A stretch of DNA of 64,000 nucleotides from a virus (Duplodnaviria > Heunggongvirae > Uroviricota > Caudoviricetes): the IMG/VR virus record IMGVR_UViG_3300028585_000002, positions 15,337 through 79,336 of that record; one strand, 5' to 3'. The position numbers were made by a program, and so were the translations under genes. A model generated the notes under the pieces. That model saw nothing but the letters and a program-made list of their open reading frames with translations. It had not been told where the DNA came from and did not search any database. Of this stretch, positions 10,401 to 18,308 are shown piece after piece. The stretch's first letter is position 1; the number at the start of each line of letters is the position of its first letter.

Positions 10401-10874
10401 CCGGCGATCCGGATGAAGTCGAACGTCAAGTTCATGGTCGTGTCCGACTGCCCGAACTGGCAAGAGGAGAAGGCCAACAAGCTGATGGAAGGCGACACCG
10501 CTGACTGCGTGAAGACCGCGATCAAGGAAGCGGGAATCGCACCGGGCGACGGGTATTTCACGACTCTGGTGAAGGCCAAAAAGAATGACAAGTTCTTGAC
10601 CAACCAGCAGATGAATGGCTGCGCGCAGTACCTGTCCCGCGAGCTGGACGTGCTGAGGCCGCCGATCATCGTGGCACTGGGCGCCGCGTCGATCAAGCGC
10701 TTCCTGCCTGGTCACAAGGGCGGCACCACGGAGCTGATCGGCAAGGCGATCTACGACGCGAAACTGGACGCAACCATCGTGTGCGGACTGAACCCGCAGC
10801 AGATTTACCACGACCCGGCGAAGCAACTCGTCCTCAACGACGTGTTCGCAAAAGTAGCCGAGATTTTGAGCTAG
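7422..10874 (+). CDS. dnaE: DNA polymerase III alpha subunit (DnaE-type, PHP domain) with a C-terminal uracil-DNA glycosylase family-4-like domain
   Basis: [71 protein letters not shown] is the canonical Pol III alpha palm motif. The C-terminal ~185 aa (CQACDL...[12 protein letters not shown]...[13 protein letters not shown]...CGLNPQQIY) parallels family-4 UDG. Confidence 0.9.
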   Translation: [1150 protein letters not shown]

Positions 10875-10885
10875 GCAATGTGCGC

Positions 10886-10906
10886 GGGAGGGGTGCCCCT
10901 CCTGCG
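10886..10906 (+). terminator. GC-rich hairpin GGGAGGGGtgCCCCTCC after dnaE (no U-tract)
   Basis: Read directly from the sequence. Confidence 0.3.
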
Positions 10907-10957
10907 TGCGATATGTACCATTAACCTGTAGCAACACTCTCAACTGGAGAAATAAAC

Positions 10958-12154
10958 ATGGCAACCGCACAAAAAGAAATCCCGATCGGCGACGACGAGC
11001 TTGACGACCTGATGGCCCAGCTGGAGGCTGAAACCGCCAACGTGGTCGACGCACCCGCAGCCTCACCGGTGACGGCCGCCGCCGCCGCTGACGACGACCT
11101 GGACGCCCTGGCGGCGGAACTGAATGGCGACCCTGTCCAGGCGGACGACGCCCCGTTTGAACCTGTCGCGACCACCGACAAGGACGCCGTGATGGAAGCG
11201 GAGCTGGCCAGCATCGCCGCCGAGCTGGAGAGCAAGCGCGCAGCGGCCGCGCCGGCGCCGGTCGAGAGCGATCCCGATGCCGAGCTGGCCGCCCTGGCTG
11301 CAGAGCTGGACGCGACCCCGGCCCAGGATGCGAAACCTGTGACCCCGCCGCCGACGCCGGCCGCCAAGCCGACTGCCCTGGAGCTGGCCAAAGCTGCGCG
11401 CGCCAAGGTCGTGACCGAGGAAGTGTCGATCACCGAAGCTGCACCGCCGCCAAAACCGGCCCCGACGCCGAAGCCGGCCCCTGTCGCTGCCACGCCCACC
11501 CCGGAACCGGAACCCGAGCCGATCATTCACCTGGAAGGCGAAGATGCCCTGGCGGCCGTCGCTGCGTCGCTGGAGCGTGAAGCCCCGACCCTGCGCGCGG
11601 CACCGACCCCGACCCCGACGCCCACCCCGACGCCGGCGGCCGCCGCAGCAGCGCCGAAGAAGGAGCTGAACCACTACATCGACATGGCAGAGTTCCGCGA
11701 TGAAATCAGGGTCTCGGTCAACACCCTGGACGACGCCATGATGCAGCAGGCAGGTCTGCGCGCATACCACGGCGAACAGGCGGCCCACGCTGACGCGCAG
11801 CACTCCCGCCTGAAGCTGCGCCACGAAGTCGTCGAAGCACGTCTGTACGACAAGCACCGCAAGGCCCTGGCCCTGACCGGCGAGAAAGTCACCGAGAAGA
11901 TGGTGGAGAACGCGGTCAAGCAGGATCCGGAATACGTGTCGTCCAAGAATCGCGTGATCGAAGCCGAGACCATTGCTGCTGTGCGCCGCTCCTGCACCGA
12001 CGCGCTGCGCGACCGCAAGGACATGCTGGTGCAGCTGGGCGCCGACCGCCGGGAAGAAGGCAAGGGTCAACTGCGCATCCTCGCTGCCGAAGGCAACCAC
12101 CTCGACAAGCGCGCTGCCGCTGCTGCTGCCGTCGGCGGTCTTCGCAGCGCCTAA
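10958..12154 (+). CDS. hypothetical protein: acidic/Ala/Pro-rich N-terminal low-complexity region with conserved C-terminal coiled-coil domain
   Basis: ORF-track ORF in the correct strand and context; PAPTPKPAP repeats; no recognisable catalytic motif. Confidence 0.5.
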   Translation: MATAQKEIPIGDDELDDLMAQLEAETANVVDAPAASPVTAAAAADDDLDALAAELNGDPVQADDAPFEPVATTDKDAVMEAELASIAAELESKRAAAAPAPVESDPDAELAALAAELDATPAQDAKPVTPPPTPAAKPTALELAKAARAKVVTEEVSITEAAPPPKPAPTPKPAPVAATPTPEPEPEPIIHLEGEDALAAVAASLEREAPTLRAAPTPTPTPTPTPAAAAAAPKKELNHYIDMAEFRDEIRVSVNTLDDAMMQQAGLRAYHGEQAAHADAQHSRLKLRHEVVEARLYDKHRKALALTGEKVTEKMVENAVKQDPEYVSSKNRVIEAETIAAVRRSCTDALRDRKDMLVQLGADRREEGKGQLRILAAEGNHLDKRAAAAAAVGGLRSA

Positions 12155-12185
12155 GATCACTTTTGCCTCCCTGTGGCTGCAAAAG

Positions 12186-12208
12186 TAAGTCACAGGTGAG
12201 CTATAATG
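12186..12208 (+). promoter_or_regulatory. Recurrent cassette TAAGTCACaggTGAGCTATAATG
   Basis: Palindrome half-sites plus TATAAT. Confidence 0.5.
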
Positions 12209-12274
12209 TGAATGCCCGATGACGAAAGTCTGACGGCACCTAACTTACTGACAAACCAACCCACGAAAGAACTC

Positions 12275-13108
12275 ATGGACAAGAACAAACTGATGGAAAT
12301 GATGCTGGCGAAGAAGCAGTCCCTCAAAAAGACTGAAAAAACCGCCAAACTGGAAGCTGGCGAGAACCGTGTTGTGATCCTGCCGGGCTGGCGCGCCGAA
12401 GACCCAACGTGGTATCACGACTTCGGCCAGCACTTCATCAAGGACGAAGCCGATCAGATCAAGGCTGTGTACCTCTGCACGCACGCCACGTTCGAAAAAG
12501 ACTGCGCTGTCTGCTCGGCCCTGGCCGCTGCAACCCGCGCTGCCGCCGACGACTCGCTCACCGAAGTGCTGGGCAAGGCAAAGGCGAGCCGCACCGTTCT
12601 GGTCAATGCCCTGATGCTCGACTCGAAAGAGCCGAACACCCCGGTCATCCTGGAACTGAAGCGCGGCATCTTCGAACAGATCCTGGACATCGTGATCGAG
12701 TACGAAGGCGCACCGCTGGACCCGAACGCTGCGATCATCCTGAAGCTGTCCCGCGACGGCAAGGGCCTGAACACCAAGTACAGCGCCATGCCGACTGCCA
12801 AGACCCTCAAGGTTCCGGCTGCCGTGCTGGGCAAGCTGCACAACCTGGATGACTACGTCAAACAGGAATCGGAAGAACAGGAACGTCGCGCGATCGGCGC
12901 CATCAACAGCGTTGCAGGCGTGCTGCCGGCACCGGGCACTGGCGCAGATGCACCGCGCACTCGCCCATCGGCACTGAGCGCACCGAAAGGCGCGTCGGCT
13001 GACTTCGAAGACGTGCCTGACTTCGACGCCACCCCGATCGCATCGGGTGCTTCCGATCCGTCGCTGGATTCGGACATTGACGCGCTTCTCGGCGAACTTC
13101 CCGAGTAA
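12275..13108 (+). CDS. T4 gp32-like single-stranded DNA-binding protein
   Basis: Zn-binding arrangement H-x15-C-x9-C-x2-C (QHF...YLCTHATFEKDCAVC) as in gp32 His64/Cys77/Cys87/Cys90; basic N-terminus. Start chosen downstream of the promoter motif; 12212 possible. Confidence 0.5.
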   Translation: MDKNKLMEMMLAKKQSLKKTEKTAKLEAGENRVVILPGWRAEDPTWYHDFGQHFIKDEADQIKAVYLCTHATFEKDCAVCSALAAATRAAADDSLTEVLGKAKASRTVLVNALMLDSKEPNTPVILELKRGIFEQILDIVIEYEGAPLDPNAAIILKLSRDGKGLNTKYSAMPTAKTLKVPAAVLGKLHNLDDYVKQESEEQERRAIGAINSVAGVLPAPGTGADAPRTRPSALSAPKGASADFEDVPDFDATPIASGASDPSLDSDIDALLGELPE

Positions 13109-13128
13109 GTCGTTAGTGACTGAATGAG

Positions 13129-13156
13129 GAGCCGGCCGCGCGCCGGCTCTTTTTCC
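13129..13156 (+). terminator. Rho-independent terminator AGCCGGCcgcgcGCCGGCT + CTTTTTCCC
   Basis: Perfect 7-bp stem plus T-run. Confidence 0.65.
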
Positions 13157-13170
13157 CTTCGGAGATACAA

Positions 13171-14076
13171 ATGGCACAAAAGATTCTTCTGATCGACGGT
13201 AATGCGATCGGCTATGCAGCACAGCAGGCAACCAAACTGAACGCGGGAGGCATGGAAACCCAGGCAGCGTTCGGTATCACCAAGACGATTCGCGAGCTGC
13301 GGATCGAAAACCGCTCCTTCGTGCCGATGGTCCTCTGGGACGGCCGCGCCGAATGGCGCTTCAAGCTCCACCCCGAATACAAATCAAACCGCCGCGACAC
13401 GCCCGAGAAGGTCGCGATGAAGGCGGCATACGCCAAGCAGAAGCCACACATCGAGCGCCTGCTGTCCACCCTCGGCGTGCGCCAGATGACGGCATACGAC
13501 CGCGAGGCGGACGACTTGGCCGGCTACTTCGTGCGCAAGCTCTCCGCTGACCCGGCCAACGAGATCGGTCTGATCACCGGTGACGGCGACTGGATGCAGC
13601 TGGTGCGCCGCAACGTGTGGTGGAAAGACCCGCGCAACGACGCGAAGCTGACCACCGCGGCGAACTTCTACAACAAGACCGGCTGCAAATCCCCTTTCGC
13701 CTACCTCGAGACGAAGATCCTGACGGGCGACACCTCCGACTGCATTTCGGGCGTGGGCGGTATCGGTGAAAAGGGGGCGCCAGAGTTCATCGCTGAGTTC
13801 GGTAGCGTGCGCAACTTTTGGCAGCGCTGTGACAGCGGTGACTTCAAGCCCCGACTGAAAAAGCACATCGGGCTGGCATCGCCCGAGGGACGCGCGATCT
13901 ACAAGCGCAATTTCCAGATGATGCAGCTGCTGCAGGTGGAGCCGCCACCGAAAGCAGTGACCAAGATCGACACAGGCAAGTTCGACAAGGAAGCCTTTGC
14001 GAACGCATGCGAGGAACTGGCCTTCGGCTCAATCCTTCGCAACCTGGACGAATTCACCAAACCGTTTTTGAATTAA
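13171..14076 (+). CDS. 5'-3' exonuclease / flap endonuclease (T4 RNase H / T5 D15 family)
   Basis: KILLIDGNAIGY N-terminus; acidic metal-binding residues (YDREADDLAGY, ITGDGDWMQL, ILTGDTSDCISGVGGIGEK). Confidence 0.8.
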   Translation: MAQKILLIDGNAIGYAAQQATKLNAGGMETQAAFGITKTIRELRIENRSFVPMVLWDGRAEWRFKLHPEYKSNRRDTPEKVAMKAAYAKQKPHIERLLSTLGVRQMTAYDREADDLAGYFVRKLSADPANEIGLITGDGDWMQLVRRNVWWKDPRNDAKLTTAANFYNKTGCKSPFAYLETKILTGDTSDCISGVGGIGEKGAPEFIAEFGSVRNFWQRCDSGDFKPRLKKHIGLASPEGRAIYKRNFQMMQLLQVEPPPKAVTKIDTGKFDKEAFANACEELAFGSILRNLDEFTKPFLN

Positions 14077-14085
14077 AGGAACACC

Positions 14086-15090
14086 ATGACCGCAGCAGCA
14101 CTGATCGCAGCCTTCGACAAAGAATTCGGTGGCAACTCCGAGCTTGAGGCAATCCAGTACCTCGACACCGGCTTCGCGCCGCTGAATTACGCGATCTCGG
14201 GCAAGTACGACGGCGGCCTGGCGTACGGGCGCATGTATGAAATCTTCGGCGAGTCGGGCACCGGTAAAACCGCGATCGCCACCGAACTGATGACCGCAGC
14301 GCAGCGCCTGGGCGGCGCCGCCGGCTTCGTGGACTGGGAGCGCACCTTCAACGAGGAGCTGGCCCAGCATGGCTACGGCCTCAAGACCGACAAGCCGCTC
14401 TGGTTCTACAAGCGCCCCGCCACCTGGGAAGAAGGCAACACCCTCGGCGCCAAGTATTGCCAGTGGATCCGCGCCAACAAGGTGATCGCGGAGACCGCGC
14501 CGATCGTGCTGACCTTCGACTCGATCGCCAGCGCCATCCCGCAGTCGATGGCAGAGAAAGAGTTCAATGAATACAGCATGAACGACACGACGGCCCTGGC
14601 CCGCGTCACGTCCACGACCCTCAAGTCGATGGCCATGTTCGCCGAGCGCTTCAACGCCATCTTCGTCTACCTGAACCAGATGCGCCTGAAGCCGGGTGTG
14701 GTCTACGGCGACCCGCGCACCACCCCAGGCGGCAAGGCGATGGAATTCTACGCCACCGCGCGCTTGGCGCTGGGCAAGGAGAAGGTCATGCAGCAGGTGG
14801 CCGGCCAGAAGGAATTCGTGGGCCAGAAGATCGGCATCCAGGTCGTCAAGACCAAGCTGACAAAGCCGTTCAAGGAAACGTCGATGCGCATGTCCTTCGA
14901 TGAAATGGGCATGGCCTTCTTCGACAAGGAATTCTCCCTGATCGAGGAGCTGGTCGACGCCAAGAAGCTGACGGAACCGCGCAAGGGCTTCTACGACTGG
15001 AAGGGCACGCAGTATTCCAAGAAGCAGCTGGCCGAGAAGGCGCGCGCCGAAGGCCTGGGTCCGGAACTGATCGCGATGCTCACCAGCTAA
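14086..15090 (+). CDS. RecA-family recombinase (UvsX/RecA-like)
   Basis: Walker A GESGTGKT, RecA-like core, size 334 aa. Confidence 0.75.
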   Translation: MTAAALIAAFDKEFGGNSELEAIQYLDTGFAPLNYAISGKYDGGLAYGRMYEIFGESGTGKTAIATELMTAAQRLGGAAGFVDWERTFNEELAQHGYGLKTDKPLWFYKRPATWEEGNTLGAKYCQWIRANKVIAETAPIVLTFDSIASAIPQSMAEKEFNEYSMNDTTALARVTSTTLKSMAMFAERFNAIFVYLNQMRLKPGVVYGDPRTTPGGKAMEFYATARLALGKEKVMQQVAGQKEFVGQKIGIQVVKTKLTKPFKETSMRMSFDEMGMAFFDKEFSLIEELVDAKKLTEPRKGFYDWKGTQYSKKQLAEKARAEGLGPELIAMLTS

Positions 15091-15151
15091 GCGCCTGGGT
15101 TGTTACTGGACCGCTCACTATAATTCATCGGGGAATCACCCCTGATGGATT

Positions 15152-15517
15152 ATGGAGATCGAAGTGCAAGTTCAAGTATTTGGTTTCATCCCGCCGATCG
15201 CCGGCGTGGACGACGAGTTCAACACCTTCCGCCTGGGTCACACGATGCTGAAACGTGTTGCGCCAGGCGATGAGGTCTTCCTGATGGACGAGAAGACCAA
15301 GATTGTATTCGGACGCGCTCGTGTGGAGAGCGTCGAGGGCGGCACGCTTGGAGAGCAGTGCCTGCTGCATGCGGACAAGAACCACCGGGAAGTGGGCAGC
15401 GATGCCCCGGAAACCGCACCGGAAAGGTTGTTTGCCTACATGCAGAAGATTTATGGTCCGCACATCGCAAAGCACAATAAGCGTAGTTGCGTTGTATATC
15501 TCAAGAGGTTGGAATGA
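15152..15517 (+). CDS. hypothetical protein
   Basis: ORF-track ORF with high GC3 and in operon context. Confidence 0.4.
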   Translation: MEIEVQVQVFGFIPPIAGVDDEFNTFRLGHTMLKRVAPGDEVFLMDEKTKIVFGRARVESVEGGTLGEQCLLHADKNHREVGSDAPETAPERLFAYMQKIYGPHIAKHNKRSCVVYLKRLE

Positions 15518-15900
15518 GCGTTGAATTTACCGATATTCTGCAGTTACCGAAACACAAGGGCAAGACGGTCCAGCAGGTGTTCGATACCGAGCCGAGCTAC
15601 TTGCTCTGGCTGCGAGACCAGAAACTAGCCAACGGGCGAAGCGACTACTTTGACCCGACCGTGCTCAAGGCCCTCAATGGCGTGCTGGCGAAGGACAAGA
15701 AGCTGGCCGCCAAGTGGACACAGTGGACCGAGCTGAAGGACGGCAGGTTCTCCCCAGTCAGGCCGGGCAGCATGGCCGCCATGCCAAGCAGCGCCGCTGC
15801 CGATGAACCCGAGGAAGAAGAACGCCGCCCGAGCCTGGCCGAGATCACCGAGGCTCAGCAGCGCCAGCGCATGTACGCTGAATCGTGGGGGAGCTTCTAA
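15514..15900 (+). CDS. hypothetical protein
   Basis: ATG at 15514 preceded by AAGAGG; start overlaps the upstream stop. Confidence 0.45.
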   Translation: MSVEFTDILQLPKHKGKTVQQVFDTEPSYLLWLRDQKLANGRSDYFDPTVLKALNGVLAKDKKLAAKWTQWTELKDGRFSPVRPGSMAAMPSSAAADEPEEEERRPSLAEITEAQQRQRMYAESWGSF

Positions 15901-16266
15901 GTGGCCAGCCGCGAACAGCACAAAGTCGCAGGCCGGTTCTACGGCGTCTGGTACACCACGCAGGGCGGCAACAGGCTCTACCTGGCCCACCGCAAGCGTG
16001 ACGCCATCTGGCGCGAGAAGAATGCCTGGTGCCTCGACATCTACACGCTGGAGCGGTGCCGCGAGCAGGGCGTCGAAGTGATCGGCATCATCATCAAAGA
16101 CGGCTCCCAGCGCCTGATTTGGCTCACCCTGGTCGAGGACTTCTTCGGCCCGAACAGCTTCTCGCACTTCGCGCGCGTGCGTCAACGTGGGCTGCCGCTG
16201 CCGTATTTTCGGGTCGATCCCATGAAATCAGCGAAAGTTATTGCAAAGTCGTTAAGGATTAAGTAG
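15901..16266 (+). CDS. hypothetical protein (GTG start)
   Basis: ORF-track ORF abutting the upstream stop. Confidence 0.35.
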   Translation: MASREQHKVAGRFYGVWYTTQGGNRLYLAHRKRDAIWREKNAWCLDIYTLERCREQGVEVIGIIIKDGSQRLIWLTLVEDFFGPNSFSHFARVRQRGLPLPYFRVDPMKSAKVIAKSLRIK

Positions 16267-16343
16267 ATTAATAAGTCATTCATGACTCATTCCTGACTGC
16301 AGCGGGTATCATGGTTGTAGCTCAACGACACAGAAAGGACAGC

Positions 16344-16712
16344 ATGATCGCAGCAGCACTTCTTTGTTTGGCGTCGGCCGTGTACCATGAGGCCCGCGGC
16401 GAATCGACCGCAGGCAAGCAAGCGGTAGCGTTGGTAACGATGAATCGAGCGCGCGGCAATCCCCGCCGCGTCTGCCCGGAGGTTCACAAGACAGGCCAGT
16501 ATTCCTGGGTAGGCAAGGGTCTACCGAAAAAGGAACGCGAAGCCTGGCTACGCAGCCGCGAGATCGCAGCTGATGTCCTCTACGGGCGGGTCGATGACTT
16601 TACCGGCGGCGCGACCTACTTCCACGCAAGGACTGCGCGACCAGTCTGGCGGCACAAATTGAAATACCTGATGACCATTGGAGGTCATCGTTTTTATCGT
16701 CCATACAAGTAA
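16344..16712 (+). CDS. SleB-like cell wall hydrolase (hydrolase_2 domain)
   Basis: AVYHEARGES...AVALVTMNRA signature; RBS AAAGGA before ATG 16344. Confidence 0.6.
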   Translation: MIAAALLCLASAVYHEARGESTAGKQAVALVTMNRARGNPRRVCPEVHKTGQYSWVGKGLPKKEREAWLRSREIAADVLYGRVDDFTGGATYFHARTARPVWRHKLKYLMTIGGHRFYRPYK

Positions 16713-16735
16713 GTCACCACTGAGGAATGAATATG
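16709..16735 (+). promoter_or_regulatory. Degenerate recurrent motif TAAGTCACcacTGAGGaatgaATATG overlapping the stop of the hydrolase gene
   Basis: Read directly from the sequence. Confidence 0.3.
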
Positions 16736-17800
16736 GAAAAACCATTTGGACTGATCAGCGACACGCACAACCATGCCTGGTCAGCGTTCGCTGAAACCCT
16801 GCCGACGGGCGTGAACAGCCGCCTGCAGCAGATCTTGGACGAGACCGTGCGCGCGGCCGTCGAAGTCAAGCGGGCCGGCGGCGACACGCTGTACCACGGC
16901 GGCGACCTGTTCCACGTCCGCGGTTCGATCGCGCCGAGCGTGCTGAACCCAACGCGCGACTGCTACAAGCACATCGTCCAAAAGCTGGGCGTGCGCGTGG
17001 TCATCAACGCAGGCAATCACGACCTGGAGGGCAAAGAAGCGGCCCGTATCTCGTCGGCGATCACCGCGCTCGAGGATGTCGGCTGCGTCGTCGTCAACCA
17101 GCCGGAATACGGCCGCTTTGACCACATGGTCGTCATCCCCTGGATCGCCAGTATCGAAAAGCTCAAGGAAGCGATCGAGCACGTCGACCCGGTGGACCGC
17201 GCCGGCACCGACCTGTTGCTGCACGCACCGGTCGACGGCGTGATCCCAGGCCTGCCCGACCACGGCCTCACCGCCGAATACCTGGCCAGCCTGGGCTACC
17301 GCCGCGTGTTCTCGGGCCACTACCACCACCACAAGCCGATGGAAGACGGCAAGGTCTTCTCGATCGGCAACCTGACCCCGCAGACCTGGAGCGATGTCGG
17401 CACCAAGGCCGGCTTCATGGTCGTGGCCGGCGACGAGGTGACGTGGTTCAAGAGCCATGCGCCAGGCTTCGTCGAGATCGACGGCGCCACCGATCCGGAC
17501 GAAGTGCCGCTGATCGCCGACGGCAACTACGTGCGCATCAAGACCAGCAGCACGAAGGTGGCTGACCACGAGGCGCTGCGCCAGTTCCTGACCGACTCGG
17601 GCGCCGCCGGCGTGACGATCATCCCGGTGAAAGACCCATCCAGCGCCGCCACCGCGCGCGCAGGTGGCTCGATCCTGAAAGCCGGCGCCACGCTGGAGCA
17701 GTCGATCGGCGACTTCATCACCGCCAAGGGCTTTGCGCGCGCGCCCGACCTGTCCAAGCTGTGCGCCGAAATCCTCGCAACCGTGCGGAGCGTCGCATGA
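16733..17800 (+). CDS. sbcD: SbcD/Mre11-family nuclease (T4 gp47-like)
   Basis: Phosphoesterase motifs ISDTHNH, GGDLFH, GNHD. Confidence 0.8.
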   Translation: MEKPFGLISDTHNHAWSAFAETLPTGVNSRLQQILDETVRAAVEVKRAGGDTLYHGGDLFHVRGSIAPSVLNPTRDCYKHIVQKLGVRVVINAGNHDLEGKEAARISSAITALEDVGCVVVNQPEYGRFDHMVVIPWIASIEKLKEAIEHVDPVDRAGTDLLLHAPVDGVIPGLPDHGLTAEYLASLGYRRVFSGHYHHHKPMEDGKVFSIGNLTPQTWSDVGTKAGFMVVAGDEVTWFKSHAPGFVEIDGATDPDEVPLIADGNYVRIKTSSTKVADHEALRQFLTDSGAAGVTIIPVKDPSSAATARAGGSILKAGATLEQSIGDFITAKGFARAPDLSKLCAEILATVRSVA

Positions 17801-18117
17801 GCCAGATCGGATCGACCATCACCATCGACGAGCTGGCGCCAGGCCAAAGCTGGGCACTGATTGCGCATTCGGCTATCGACTGTAGCGCTGGCGGGACCGG
17901 CTGCGGCGGCGTCATGGCCGGTAGCTGCGACATCGAGGCAATCATCAAGGCTGACGGCATCGAAAACCTGTTTATCTTCCCGATGGACCGGGAGCCGGCC
18001 GGCCTGTACCTGTGGCGCGGCACGCTCGACGAGGACAGCGACCAGATCGGCACGACCGAGCGCTTACATCCAGAGAGCATGCAGCACTGGATCGACCATA
18101 GCGGGACCGCGCCATGA
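17797..18117 (+). CDS. hypothetical protein
   Basis: ATGA overlap with the sbcD stop; RBS GCGGAG. Confidence 0.4.
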   Translation: MSQIGSTITIDELAPGQSWALIAHSAIDCSAGGTGCGGVMAGSCDIEAIIKADGIENLFIFPMDREPAGLYLWRGTLDEDSDQIGTTERLHPESMQHWIDHSGTAP

Positions 18118-18308
18118 AGCTGTCGCCGAACATGGATTACTTCCTGGTCGGGGTGCCGAAGGATGCCGCCCTGTGGCCATCGGAACAGATCGACATGCTG
18201 CGCACTGCCGTTCGGTCGAACGACTTCTCGGAGCGACGCGGCAATCCGCACTACGTATCGAAACTCGACCCATCAAAAATCACGGTCAAGCCATTCAAGG
18301 GAAAATAA
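18114..18308 (+). CDS. hypothetical small protein
   Basis: ORF-track ORF; ATGA/TAATG overlaps link it to its neighbours. Confidence 0.3.
   Translation: MKLSPNMDYFLVGVPKDAALWPSEQIDMLRTAVRSNDFSERRGNPHYVSKLDPSKITVKPFKGK

Noticed and set aside
7443-11066. 1207-aa minus-strand ORF antisense to dnaE
   Set aside because: Arg/Ala/Gly/Val-rich low-complexity translation, typical of the antisense frame in high-GC DNA. The sense strand encodes an unmistakable DnaE.
10921-12193. Minus-strand ORFs 10921-11526 and 11063-12193 overlapping the acidic protein gene
   Set aside because: Ala/Gly/Arg-rich antisense artefacts of a GC-rich low-complexity gene.
12212-12274. Upstream ATG (12212) as start of the gp32-like gene
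   Set aside because: The TATAAT of the promoter cassette ends at 12208, so transcripts from it would start downstream of this ATG. The basic MDKNK start at 12275 is preferred, though a longer protein cannot be excluded.
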